A stretch of 64,000 nucleotides of DNA from an uncultured Acidobacteriota bacterium (GTDB lineage Bacteria; Acidobacteriota; Vicinamibacteria; Vicinamibacterales; CAVVIG01). The DNA lies in NCBI GenBank assembly GCA_963745495.1, contig CAVUXJ010000007.1, forward strand, positions 78,239 through 142,238, given 5' to 3'. The position numbers and the translations under genes are program-made. The notes beneath the pieces were generated by a model, which was not told the DNA's origin, did not search any database, and was given only the letters and a program-made list of their open reading frames with translations. Of the stretch, positions 10,058 to 19,648 are shown one piece after another (the stretch's first letter is position 1; every line of letters begins with the position of its first letter).

Positions 10058-11456
10058 ATGGGAGTCGTCGCCGCCGCGTCAGTGTTGTACGCCCTGATGC
10101 CTCCCCTGCTCGCCACCGCACAAGAGGCCAACATGTCGACGACGGTGGCCTCCCTCGGCTCGGGCACCGCGACTTCTCTCATCAACCTCGACGCGATCAA
10201 GCCCAAGCCCGCTGCCGATCGCGGTCTGGCGCTGCCCTCCCTGACCCTGAGCAACGACGGCAGCGGCCCCCGCGTGAGGCACCTCGTCATGGAGCTGCCG
10301 GACCTCGACCTCGGCGAGGTCGCGGTCGCGTCCCGGCTCGGCGACCAGCCGCTCCCGGCCGTCTTCCACGCCGGCCCGCTGGCCGGCTCGGCGTTAGCGT
10401 CGCCCATGCGCGGACTGACGTTCACGACCGCGGGCACCGCGCCGTTGAGCCTGTCCTTCGGGCAGATGGGGACCGTGCTGGCCACGGGCACGCCCGCGCT
10501 CGCCGCGGCGGCCGTGAGCTTCACCCCGACCACCCGCCTCTCCGTGACGCCCCAGGTGCTGCTCCCCCTCGGCTCGCCCGATGCGCAGACGAGGGTCGGA
10601 ACGGCGATCCAGGCGAACGTCATCGGCAACCTGGCCCTTCTGACGGACGTGGGCGTGGCCGGGAGCGCCGCCACCGCCTGGGCGCCGCTGGCGTCCGCCC
10701 GTCTCGTCGGCCAGTGGCCCCGCGCCGGCATCGAGACAGGTGTGCTGCGCGGCGGGGCCGCGCCGCGCACCGAGACAGACACGGCGTTCGTGTCATCGCG
10801 CGACTACGAGACCGCGCAGGCACAGGTGCAGGCGCTGCCAGGCCTCACCCTTGCGGCGGCCGCGAACTCGTCGCGCCCCGCGGCCGACCCGGATGCCGAC
10901 GACACGACACGAGGCTCGCTCCGCATCGCCTACGACGGCCTCCCGACCGGGCGACTGGCCGCGGTTCAACAGCGGGAGACGACGGCCTCGCGGACGTCGG
11001 ACATCACCTCGCTCGAGTGGCGCCAGCGCGGCCCGGCCCGCATGGCCGTGCGCTACGTGCAGCAACGGGCATCCGACTCGGCGCTGGACGGGGCACGACG
11101 ATGCCTCGTCTCAGGTGGAAGTAGACCTTCCCACGCTCGCGCCCCGCTGCGCGGGTCGCCTGGACCTGCGCGCCACACTCACGGCAGGCTCCAGTTCGCT
11201 GGCAGGCCCTGGCTTGAACTCCCGGGTCAGCGGCCGGGTCGGCCTCATCGACGATGCGGCGCTCACGGGCGAAACGGAGCTTGGGATCACCGGTGGCGAC
11301 GGCCAAGTGCTGCGGGCCCTCCGGGTGACGACGGACATGCCGGTCGTCCCGGCGACGCGCCTCCAGCTGTCCTATACGTACCGCGGCGGCGCGCAATTCC
11401 TCTTCGGTCAGGCGTTCGAAGTGCGCCTCCAGCGGCGGCTCAACCCGGGCTGGTAG
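10058..11456 (+). CDS. secreted/outer-membrane hypothetical protein (one frame change near 11.1 kb)
   Basis: ORF 10004..11662 is protein-like for its first ~360 aa (signal peptide MGVVAAASVLYALMPPLLATAQ). It continues in ORF 10740..11456 (..LQLSYTYRGGAQFLFGQAFEVRLQRRL), a beta-barrel-like C-terminus. Confidence 0.5.
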
Positions 11457-11690
11457 CCATTGGACAGAAGGGTTCGACGCGCCCGGCCACGCGGTCGCCA
11501 CCGCGGGATGAGCCTGACCGTGCGCGACGAGCACGAACTCGCCGTTCAAGGGGATCGCCGCCGTCAGACCTGCGGCGGCGCGAGGTGGTCACCGTGTTCG
11601 TGATGACGCGCCTCCGCGGCGACCGGACGGACTCGATGCGCGAGTCGCTGCGCGCAGACTAGGGACGACGAGGCTGCCCCAGTTGCGGGC

Positions 11691-12542
11691 TCAGAACGGG
11701 AACCTCAGGTACATGCGCACGCCTGAGACGCGGCCGAACTGGTAGCCGGCGGCCAGCCACCGCAGCGGGATTTTCCAGATGCGCAGATGGGGCGCGGTCG
11801 AGAAGCTCAGTCCAGCTTCGAATTGCCCGCGAAGCACGATCGGTGGCTGGTCTTCTCTTTCCAGTTTCGGCCCGTCAAAGGTGCGGCCGATCACGTAGAT
11901 GCCTCCGCGCGCCTGCCCGCCGCGCACGGAGAAACCCAGAGGAACCTGCAGGTCGGCCCCTCCTTCAAAACTCGCGTATCGGGCGGTCGTACCGGCGAGT
12001 TCTGGCGTCTTCCGTCCGGAAATCATGCCGCCATAAGTGACGTGCAATGCCTTCTGGTCCGCGGTCGTGTGCGCGCGCAGGCCCGCCCCGTAGAGCACTT
12101 CGGCTGAAGAATCACTGCTCCTCCCGATTCCGACTTCGCCGAACGGCCGCACCAGCGTACGGGTGCCCACGGGAATCTCGACCTCGAGGCCAGGAATGAT
12201 TGCCGCGATGCCCAGCTTCTCGACGAAGCCGCCGATGTCCGTCACTCCCTTGATGCTCAGTGAACTCAGCGACACCGGGAAGGTGACCCGCAGTCCCCAC
12301 GGATGCTTGTCCAGGCTGCGCACATGGAAGGAAAACGGCAGGCGGTAGAGCTGGAAGCCGCGGGCCTCGACGTTCGTCGCGGACGCCGTCTCGTCGCGAT
12401 TGGCGAGGAGCAAGGGATCCAGGCCCTGGTCCTGCGCCGCGGCCGGCAATGCCGCGAAGAACAGGAGAAGCAGCGCGCCAGCGGCGCCTCGCCGCCAGAA
12501 TCGCCGGATCTCCGCCCGGTGGACGGCGGCGACGGGACTCAT
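11691..12542 (-). CDS. outer-membrane hypothetical protein
   Basis: In-frame ATG (MSPVAAV..) inside ORF 11691..13226. Signal peptide ..LLLLFFAALPAAAQ. Beta-strand-rich, with the C-terminal aromatic end ..MYLRFPF. The upstream 228 codons of the ORF look non-coding. Confidence 0.6.
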   Translation of the reverse strand: MSPVAAVHRAEIRRFWRRGAAGALLLLFFAALPAAAQDQGLDPLLLANRDETASATNVEARGFQLYRLPFSFHVRSLDKHPWGLRVTFPVSLSSLSIKGVTDIGGFVEKLGIAAIIPGLEVEIPVGTRTLVRPFGEVGIGRSSDSSAEVLYGAGLRAHTTADQKALHVTYGGMISGRKTPELAGTTARYASFEGGADLQVPLGFSVRGGQARGGIYVIGRTFDGPKLEREDQPPIVLRGQFEAGLSFSTAPHLRIWKIPLRWLAAGYQFGRVSGVRMYLRFPF

Positions 12543-13104
12543 GCACGGAGCAAGCCGGAGCAGCGATTGATCGACAACTACCGCGCGCTCGGGAACACCG
12601 ACGACCGGCGGTTCATCATGATGTGGTTCGATCGGTTCTCGCAGATACCTCAGTTTGAATCGAAGAAAGGCCGGCGCTGATCGACCGGCTTCGAAGCGCG
12701 GTGTACACGCTGAATGGCGAGCTCTGCCAGCGCGTCGCCCATCGCCAGTGATTCGCCGCTCCACTTCTCGGCGGCCAGCACATAGTCGATGAGCACGCTG
12801 CGGTGCAGAATGCGCTGCTGCTGGCGCCGAAGGGCGTCGACCTGGGTGAGCGTGCGGGCGCGTGAGGACCCGGTGTGACGTGGCCTGATCGGCCGCTGTT
12901 ATTTCGTGCGCGTGTACTGCTTGGCGTCGTGCGCCGTCCGCTCGGTCGGCCGCAGACACCGCAGGCACTTCCACGTCAGACCGTGGGTCCCTGCACGTCC
13001 GGCGTGCATCGCTGCACGGTGTTGTGGCCACGAACCGGCACCCTGCGTAGATCGTCGTCGCCGGCGTTGCCGTCATCGTCGTCACGCCTTCGTCCGCCTC
13101 AGCC

Positions 13105-13215
13105 CGCGCCCTGACCGCGTCGGTCGCCGGTTCGTTGGTGTGCGGACCAGCGCAGATTGCCGGGGATATAGCCCGCCTCAGTGTCAATCCGGTCCAGCGA
13201 GTACGCGGGTCCGGG
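13105..13215 (-). pseudogene. HNH endonuclease fragment
   Basis: Hand translation of the minus strand gives ..YSLDRIDTEAGYIPGNLRWSAHQ.., the (D/H)RID..GY.PGN.RW signature of phage/homing HNH nucleases. There is no start codon and it is truncated on both sides. Confidence 0.3.
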
Positions 13216-13248
13216 TCTCGGCCCAACGGTCGACTCCCGCCGTCGCGT

Positions 13249-13463
13249 CTAGTCGTCGCTCAGCTTGACTGTCGGCTTGCCTGAGCTGTCAAGCACGACC
13301 ACGTTTCGTGCGCGCAGGCGCCCCGCCACACCCAGCGTCCGGGTAACTCCACCCGCTGACCCGCGCTGAGCGTTCCCTCTATTTCAGAGTTTGCGAAAAA
13401 GACAATGTCGCCGTTGTTAGCGCGAATCTGACCAAAGCCCTTGGAATCCTTCCACAGAACCAC
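13249..13463 (-). CDS. cold-shock-domain protein (probable frame change near 13335)
   Basis: GTG start preceded by AAGGGAAG. (M)VLWKDSKGFGQIRANNGDIVFFANSEIEGTLSAGQRVE matches the CSD pattern. The natural-looking continuation, VTRTLGVAGRLRARNVVVLD..*, is in the +1 frame. Confidence 0.5.
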
Positions 13464-13993
13464 CGTGCCTGCTTCCCTTGATGTCAAGACACCCCTCGTT
13501 CCACATCGTGATCGAACGGATCTTTGCCATCGGAACCGTCCACTAGACAGACAAACCTCATGGTCGCCAACCATAGCGCACTCAGTGCGACCAGGTCGTT
13601 GCGCCAGAGCAACTTGAGCCTGCCTCGCTCGTGTGTCGACATGGGGTTGGTGGTAGGGTGGGGTTCTGGGGAGGAGGGGGTACGACGCGGTTTGATCCGC
13701 CGCCCGAGCAACCCGCCCATCCCGTGTCTGTCCCTCTATGCCAGGATGCGGTGTAATCTCGACAGCTTCTACGAAATACAATGGCGTCCCCGGCCTCGGC
13801 ACCTCTCCTGGCCGGGGCGCATCAATCTCGACAGTTTCCACCTGTTTGTAGAGCCGTATCCCAGGCGGCGCTCCCTCGGGTCGGGTCGGCTCTCCCTCAG
13901 GTGACGAGCTCGACCTTGTCGTCCCAGGGTTCCTGGGTAGCTTCGGGGGCCTCCCAATCAACCTACCCACGTGCAACATTCCTGTGCGGCGCG

Positions 13994-14461
13994 CTAAGTC
14001 AGGTCGTCCGGCTTGATGTGGTAGTCGTACGACACATGGACGACCGTCGGCGCGAGCGGTCTGCCGTCCTTGCTCGAATGCTCGTGGCGGTGCTTGAACC
14101 GCTCAGGTCGGTATGCGCTCAGGAGCGCGAGCAAGCAGATGTCTGAGTAGCGTTGTCGGTAGCCCACGATCTCGCCGTGGTGGTAGATGGGCTCGGCGAC
14201 ACCCTCGTCGGCGCGGCGGCGGCATTCAGCTTCGAGGACATCGGCCGCGGTCTGCCGCGCCTCATCGAAGTCACGGGCGAACCGCTCGTCATGCTCGATC
14301 CAGTCGTAGATGGTGCGCCGGCCGACACCGCTGGTGAGACACGCCGCTGTCACCGTGCCGACCTCAGCAAAGGCTGTCAGGAATGCGGTCTGCCCGGCCA
14401 CCCTGCGCTCAAGTGCCTGAGCAGCCAGCGACTTCCGCGCACGGGAGAGGTTGCGGGTCAT
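13994..14461 (-). CDS. phage terminase-small-subunit-like HTH protein
   Basis: ORF track, 155 aa. FLTAFAEVGTVTAACLTSGVGRRTIYDWIEHDERFARDFDEARQTAADVLEAECRRRA..YSDICLLALLSAYRPERF matches the common TerS-like/HTH pattern of prophages. Confidence 0.6.
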   Translation of the reverse strand: MTRNLSRARKSLAAQALERRVAGQTAFLTAFAEVGTVTAACLTSGVGRRTIYDWIEHDERFARDFDEARQTAADVLEAECRRRADEGVAEPIYHHGEIVGYRQRYSDICLLALLSAYRPERFKHRHEHSSKDGRPLAPTVVHVSYDYHIKPDDLT

Positions 14462-14511
14462 CGCAGTTCACCTCGGCTGCTTCGAAAAACTGGACTTCTT
14501 CGCGGTCCACC

Positions 14512-15018
14512 CTATCTTACGCTCGCCCTCGAGGAGGACCGAGTGTCTTGCGGCGGATTCGCAAGGGTCGGAAAGGTTTTTGCGCACTTTTCCCCCTTTT
14601 TCCAGATGTGCGGGGTGCGCGGCGAATTGGCCAGGTCGAGCGAGATGAAGTGGAGCGCCGCGATCCACTCGTCTGCTGACCGCGGTTCCTGGATACGCAG
14701 GTTCGTCCTGACCACCGTGTCGAGTGCCGGTCCAATCCGGCCGAGAGTGACGAGCTTAACTGCCTTGGTGATACCAACCGCATTGGCAGCCCCACGGCTC
14801 GGCAAGGCTCGAAAAATGTCCCAGAGAAATCTCAGCGCGTGTTCTTGCCGAGCCGTCGGGGCGGCGGCCTCTCGAAGCGAGAAGGCCCCGAGTTCGTGGA
14901 CGAATGGGGCCGCCTCTGCCAGCAAATCATCCATGCACAGCTCCCCGCCACTGCCTGCTCCTTGGCACTGCCTGACAACCCTTTCACCCTTGCTCTGACC
15001 GCCTGCCAAGGTCGCCAA
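14512..15018 (-). CDS. hypothetical protein
   Basis: ORF track, 168 aa with protein-like composition. The start is possibly at the internal MDDLLAEAAPF. The segment GITKAVKLVTLGRIGPALDTVVRTNL resembles a conserved helix pair of uncharacterised island proteins; the family is not securely recognised. Confidence 0.4.
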   Translation of the reverse strand: MATLAGGQSKGERVVRQCQGAGSGGELCMDDLLAEAAPFVHELGAFSLREAAAPTARQEHALRFLWDIFRALPSRGAANAVGITKAVKLVTLGRIGPALDTVVRTNLRIQEPRSADEWIAALHFISLDLANSPRTPHIWKKGEKCAKTFPTLANPPQDTRSSSRASVR

Positions 15019-15291
15019 ACCCCGCTGCGATCGGTCGGCGTAGGATGACGACTACGCGAACGCCGTCGTCGGCGTGGTGCGTCTTCTCGCGGCAGGCAGG
15101 ACCGACGCGCAGGCCGCAGAAGTCACGCGCGTGTATCTCTCGATTGACGAAGACGAACCACGGGTGGCTTTGGCCGAAATCTGGCTTGCCGATGGACTCT
15201 GACGGGTGTCCCCGACCGTGATTGATCTTCTGACCTTGTTTCCACGGGAAGGAGGACGAGTGGGAAGGACGAACGAGGCGGGAGCTAGCGC

Positions 15292-16044
15292 GTGCTAGGA
15301 TTCGCGGCTATGGATTGGCAGACGGCGGTAAGGGTGATGACGGGAATCGGTGCGGCAGCGAAGACCGCCAAGCCCGCTGTTGAAATGTCGATGGAACTCG
15401 TCGGCAGGGTGCTGACTCCGTCAGCCGACACTCTCGGGCAAGGTCTGGCGGCGCCGCTCCAAGAGTGGAAGCGGAAGCGTCAACAGCGGGCAGAAGGGAT
15501 TCTTGCAGACGCTGCGAAGAAGCTCGTGGAGAAGGGAATCGAGCCGACTCCAGTGCCACCTGCACTGCTGATTCCGATCCTCGAACATTCGTCGCTAGTC
15601 GAGGAAGAAGAGCTTCAGCGGAAGTGGGCGACGCTCCTAGCGAATGCTGGAGTCGCAGACAACAAGGTGCTTCCCGCGTTCGCCGAGATCTTGCGGCAAC
15701 TAACGCCGGTCCACGCGAAGATCATCGACTACATGCGCGGGGTCCCGGGCGAGGTCCTTGAGAAAAGAGTCCGCAGTCACGGAGAGGTCCATCGGAATAC
15801 CCTGGTAGGTTGGCTTAATCTCGGCGCCAACGCTATCGATGTTCTGTTCTCTGATCTTGAGAGGCTTCAAATCGTGGAGGTCGTCATCGAACAGCCCCTC
15901 CGGATAGGCGATTCACTGGGCCATCTAGCCACGAAAGTTCAACAGATCGCTTGGTCCATCGATTTCAAGGACCGGTTCAGGTTCTCGCCCTTGGGCCGTG
16001 AATTTGTCGGGGCTTGCTATGAGGTCAAAGGGCAAGATCGCTAG
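15292..16044 (+). CDS. Abi-alpha (DUF4393) abortive-infection-family protein
   Basis: ORF track, 250 aa. LLIPILEHSSLVEEEELQRKWATLLANA and LPAFAEILRQLTPVHAKIIDYM are the hallmark helices of Abi_alpha/DUF4393. GC is visibly lower than in neighbouring sequence. Confidence 0.65.
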   Translation: MLGFAAMDWQTAVRVMTGIGAAAKTAKPAVEMSMELVGRVLTPSADTLGQGLAAPLQEWKRKRQQRAEGILADAAKKLVEKGIEPTPVPPALLIPILEHSSLVEEEELQRKWATLLANAGVADNKVLPAFAEILRQLTPVHAKIIDYMRGVPGEVLEKRVRSHGEVHRNTLVGWLNLGANAIDVLFSDLERLQIVEVVIEQPLRIGDSLGHLATKVQQIAWSIDFKDRFRFSPLGREFVGACYEVKGQDR

Positions 16045-16072
16045 ATGTTTCTTGCTTATCCGGTTGTTTCAG

Positions 16073-16507
16073 TTAACCACCACATGTTGCGATCAACCCA
16101 CCGCGGCCAGGTCGTGAGCGCCCCGAATGGAACGATAGGGTGTGGGCGCGCGCCCGGTACCGAGGCCGAGCAACGTTTGGAACGCGGCCGTAGCTCGCGG
16201 AGAATGGTCTCCGCATCGTCCCGGTGATGCCCAACTCGGCGACGGTGCGGGCCGCGCCGAGTCGCACACTCGGGGGAACGCTCGGCTGCAGCAGCGCCGC
16301 CAGCGTGTCCACCGCCTGCGCCGCGAGCGGCTGGAGCCGGTTCATGGCCGCTTCGAACATGGCGCGTCGCGCGGAGTCCAGCTCCTGCTTGAACACCTCG
16401 TCCTCGGCCATCCACCGGCGAAGGGTCCTCTCGCTGACATGGCACCGTTGCGCCGCAGCTCCGATAGTGTTCTCGGACAGCAACGCGACGAGCGCCCGTT
16501 CCCGCAC
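16073..16507 (-). CDS. phage-type HTH protein (TerS-like N-terminal domain)
   Basis: ORF track, 144 aa. LLSENTIGAAAQRCHVSERTLRRWMAEDEVFKQELDSARRAMFEAAMNRLQPLAAQAVDTLAALL..VRLGAARTVAELG. The C-terminal third looks out of frame. Confidence 0.5.
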   Translation of the reverse strand: MRERALVALLSENTIGAAAQRCHVSERTLRRWMAEDEVFKQELDSARRAMFEAAMNRLQPLAAQAVDTLAALLQPSVPPSVRLGAARTVAELGITGTMRRPFSASYGRVPNVARPRYRARAHTLSFHSGRSRPGRGGLIATCGG

Positions 16508-16569
16508 GGCCGCAGACTTCGCCCCATGTCCGCCGGCTTCTGCCGCTCCTGGCGAAGCTAGGGGATACG

Positions 16570-16986
16570 GTGAGCGTCACTGACGGCACGGGTCGGGAGG
16601 CTAGAGGGACCATCGCGGCGCTGTCGTCTTCGTCCCTCGAACTGTCTGTGGCGGGGAACCGACGTAGCTTCCTGGAAAGCGAGACGAGAACGATACGGCA
16701 GCGTCGGTCCGATCCCCTCAAGAACGGCGCTCTATGGGGCTTGGGCATTGGCGTTGGATACGCTTTGCTGGTTATTGTCAGCATGGAGATGGGCTCGGAG
16801 GGTGGCGCTGTGGTGGGCACATTTGTGATGGGGGGTATTGGCACCGCAGCGGGGATCGGTGTGGACGCGATTGTCCGCAGCAATGAGGTGATCTACTCCA
16901 GGCCGGCACGTACCTCTACGAGACTGACGCTATCGCCGCTTCTGGTCCGCGACCGCAAGGGTGCGCTCTTGTCGCTCGGATTCTGA
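16570..16986 (+). CDS. hypothetical membrane protein (Gly-rich TM pair)
   Basis: ORF track, 138 aa with a GTG start. GALWGLGIGVGYALLVIV and GTFVMGGIGTAAGIGV are glycine-zipper-like helices. No signal peptide is present, so it is possibly N-terminally truncated. Confidence 0.45.
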   Translation: MSVTDGTGREARGTIAALSSSSLELSVAGNRRSFLESETRTIRQRRSDPLKNGALWGLGIGVGYALLVIVSMEMGSEGGAVVGTFVMGGIGTAAGIGVDAIVRSNEVIYSRPARTSTRLTLSPLLVRDRKGALLSLGF

Positions 16987-17683
16987 TCGCGAATCGTCTA
17001 ACTCCATGCCACCAGTGGAGCCGACGCGCGCCCGCTGTCCCGCGCGATGATGGCGTCGACGCCGGCGCGCGGCTCAGTTTGAACGTAGGCATAGCGAGTA
17101 ACGCGTCATGCCGCAGACTCCTCCTGCACTCGAATCCGCTCAGCTCTTATGCACCTAACCCGTTCCCCGCAGGAGCCAGATTTCTTCGTCCTATGTTCTT
17201 CGAGACTCGCGATCCCTGTCGGCGACCTCGCCCGCGTGACCGCGAGCGGCGACGACGGACATCCGGCGCCCCCGGAGGTGGTGGTCGTCCAGCACCACGC
17301 GATGCGCGTGGTCGCGCTGACGGTGCTGCACGCGGGTCCGCGTGAGGTTGTCCAGTAGCCCGCCCTCGGACCCCGAGGCCCCCAAAGAGACCCCAAACAG
17401 ACTTGAGCGGACGGCGGCAGCCTGTGTGGCCCGTGGGGCGGGTATGACGATACCGGGGGGCGAGCGAATGTTCCGACCGTGCTCGAAAACGAACCACCCG
17501 GCCAGCGTTCTCCCAAGGTCGCGTATGTGAAATTCGTTTTTTCGAGCCGTGACCCTGTAACCAGACCACGCCGATTGCTTTAAATGGGATACGTCAAAGC
17601 GGTTGGAGTCCTACGACGATGCTTCAGCACGTTCGACTGGACTTCGTTCGGACGCCGGGACTCAAGTACGCGTGGGAGAAACC

Positions 17684-18004
17684 ATGAAATCAGCGTGCTC
17701 GCTCGTCGTCGTCGTTTCGCTCGTGGCCTCGTCTGTTCCGCTGGTAGCGCAGAAGCAGACGCTGGCCCCTTCTGCGACAGCCTCGGTCGTTGTCACGCCC
17801 GATCCAATTGCGCGTGCCATTGTGCATAGAGGGAGTCAGTTAGCGCGTGAAAGTGGCGCCGAACGACGGCAAGCCCATGCGAGCGTGACCCAAGGGCCAC
17901 CCGCGTCCAGCAAGAAAGACTCGCGACAAAGGAACATTCTCGCGGGCATAGCCTATGGTGCCATCCCTGTCGGGGCTGCCAAGTGGGTTCTGGGTGCTCA
18001 ATGA
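17684..18004 (+). CDS. small secreted protein
   Basis: Internal ATG of ORF 17603..18004, preceded by GGGAGA. Signal peptide MKSACSLVVVVSLVASSVPLVAQ. Confidence 0.5.
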   Translation: MKSACSLVVVVSLVASSVPLVAQKQTLAPSATASVVVTPDPIARAIVHRGSQLARESGAERRQAHASVTQGPPASSKKDSRQRNILAGIAYGAIPVGAAKWVLGAQ

Positions 18005-18123
18005 GCCAAGGTACCGATGCTTCCAAGCCCATCCACGAAAGCTGTGCACCCTCGATCCTGGGCTACGCCGCCATCGCTGGCGCCATCGGCGGGACCATCG
18101 GTGCCCTTGTCGCGGAGGATTAA
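18001..18123 (+). CDS. 40-aa glycine-zipper peptide, translationally coupled (ATGA overlap)
   Basis: Hand translation: MSQGTDASKPIHESCAPSILGYAAIAGAIGGTIGALVAED. The ATG overlaps the TGA of the preceding gene. Confidence 0.3.
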   Translation: MSQGTDASKPIHESCAPSILGYAAIAGAIGGTIGALVAED

Positions 18124-18571
18124 GGGCGGCACAGACCATCACCTACGCCTTCATCGGCAAGTACATAGAGGACGAAAACCGCACCCGACCGCCGTGCAGC
18201 TGCTGCGCAACAATCCGGGGCGCCGTCCGCTCTAATGGCTACCCGACCTATGAGCAGATGGTCGACTGGCTCACGGTCGGGCAGTTCAGTCTGCGACGAC
18301 CCAGCCCTCGACCTTGCGGTCTGGTCGGAGTGTGCCTATCCTGATCCGCTGCGGCTGAACGCGGGCGTCAGACGGAGGGAGGATAGCATGGCCTGCCACA
18401 TGTTCCCGGTCGCTCACGGCCGCCTGATTCGAGGAGCGTTGGCAAGAGGTCGCAAGTCCCTCGTTGATGATCGAGGAATCTTCCTTTCCGGCGCGAGAGT
18501 CGCACACCCCACTCGTTACACGCTGACGCGAACGTTGCGGTGGACGCCAGTCGACCTGCGGAGGTTGACGC

Positions 18572-19276
18572 TTGGACTTGCACCTATTTGTATTTGCTGC
18601 AGCGTGCGGTGGAGACCGAACAACGACGCCGAGCGGTCAAAGTGCGACGCCGAACCCCGTCGCTCCCACGAGAACGACTTACACGCTATCCGGGATTGTT
18701 CGCGACACGAGTTCAGATCCTGCTCGCCCGCTTGCTGACAGGAACGTTGAGATCTGGATCGATCACGTCAACGGTTCTGGCCATGCGCGCGGCGCGACAA
18801 CCGATTCTCAGGGCCGCTACACTCTGGCCAGCGTACCAGCAGACAGTTTCGTCGTTGCCCACGCAGGCGCCTCAGGGTACGATCAGCCGTGCGCCGCGAC
18901 GCTGACGCTCCGCGGCGACGACATGATCAATCTCGATATCGTGAATATTGCAAGCGGTTCCAGCTCGAGCGTCAGACGTTCCACGGATGCAGTGTCGCCG
19001 ACGCTTTCAGGCATCGTCTTTGAGACGACGGTCGAAGGTCTGTTGCCCATCGCCGATGCAGACGTGTTCTTCTACTGGCAGATCAACGATCTGATCACCG
19101 CCACTACCAGGACCGATGCAACGGGCCACTATTGGCTGTGCCGCGTCCCGAGCGGGATCAATGAGATCGAGGTCTCCAAACCCGGATACGGACTCTCCGG
19201 GGTTACGAGAATGTGGCCCGTAAACACGACGAGCGCCGACGCTGTTCTTGACATCGAGCTACAGCGCACACGCTGA
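18572..19276 (+). CDS. carboxypeptidase-regulatory-like domain lipoprotein
   Basis: ORF track, 234 aa. Lipobox ..FVFAAAC. Two repeats of the type LSGIV.D..(S/T)..P(L/I)ADA.V......TD..G.Y.L..VP. The true N-terminus is probably ~12 codons upstream in another frame (..VDLRRLTL). Confidence 0.7.
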   Translation: MDLHLFVFAAACGGDRTTTPSGQSATPNPVAPTRTTYTLSGIVRDTSSDPARPLADRNVEIWIDHVNGSGHARGATTDSQGRYTLASVPADSFVVAHAGASGYDQPCAATLTLRGDDMINLDIVNIASGSSSSVRRSTDAVSPTLSGIVFETTVEGLLPIADADVFFYWQINDLITATTRTDATGHYWLCRVPSGINEIEVSKPGYGLSGVTRMWPVNTTSADAVLDIELQRTR

Positions 19277-19423
19277 CGTGTCCCGGTGCTCCGCCCACAC
19301 TGCCTTTGAGGCGCGGTCATTGACAGCTAGCCGGCCATCGCCGACATGGTGAACGCGAGACCCGAAGACGCGACGCGCAGGCCAGCTTGTTACGCGACGC
19401 TGCGCGGTGCTACTGTGATCGCT

Positions 19424-19648
19424 ATGACATTGAAGGCTCGAGTGAAGGCCGGCCGGCTGGTCGTTGACGAACCCACCGACCTGCCCGAAGGAACGGAAAT
19501 CGAGCTGCTGCCTCTCGATCCCGGAGATTGGCTCGACGAGGAAGATCGAGCCGCCCTCCATCAGGCTCTGAAAGATTCCGACGAAGACATCAAGGCCGGC
19601 CGTCTCGTTGACGCGGACGTGATCCTTCGCGAACTTCGATCGCGTTGA
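19424..19648 (+). CDS. type II antitoxin (partner of the ParE-like toxin)
   Basis: Internal ATG of ORF 19346..19648. MTLKARVKAGRLVVDEPTDLPEGTEIELLPLD.. plus ..DIKAGRLVDADVILRELR. Its stop overlaps the toxin start. Confidence 0.7.
   Translation: MTLKARVKAGRLVVDEPTDLPEGTEIELLPLDPGDWLDEEDRAALHQALKDSDEDIKAGRLVDADVILRELRSR

Noticed and set aside
9988-11124. 378-aa ORF overlapping the 10004..11662 ORF in another frame
   Set aside because: It has an extreme Arg/Pro/Gly composition. The alternative frame has a signal peptide and a beta-rich, protein-like sequence.
12560-12680. Protein-like plus-strand fragment ..QRLIDNYRALGNTDDRRFIMMWFDRFSQIPQFESKKGRR, and a minus-strand start-less frame at 12660-12900 (TLTQVDALRRQQQRILHRSVLIDYVLAAEKWSGESLAMGDALAELAIQRV..)
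   Set aside because: Neither has a usable start codon or a recognisable family. They are noted only as probable gene debris at the island edge and not called as features.
13464-13979. Upstream 170 codons of the 239-aa ORF 13260..13979
   Set aside because: Only the C-terminal cold-shock domain, which has its own SD and GTG, is credible. The upstream part is Pro/Arg/Gly-rich with no start context and is better explained as a csp leader or non-coding region.
17149-17358. 69-aa ORF whose end (..MRVVALTVLHAGPRE) faintly resembles a ParE/RelE C-terminus; also checked 17.0-17.6 kb for an integrase remnant
   Set aside because: The similarity is limited to about 12 residues. There is no partner antitoxin and no recombinase motifs in any frame, so the evidence is insufficient.
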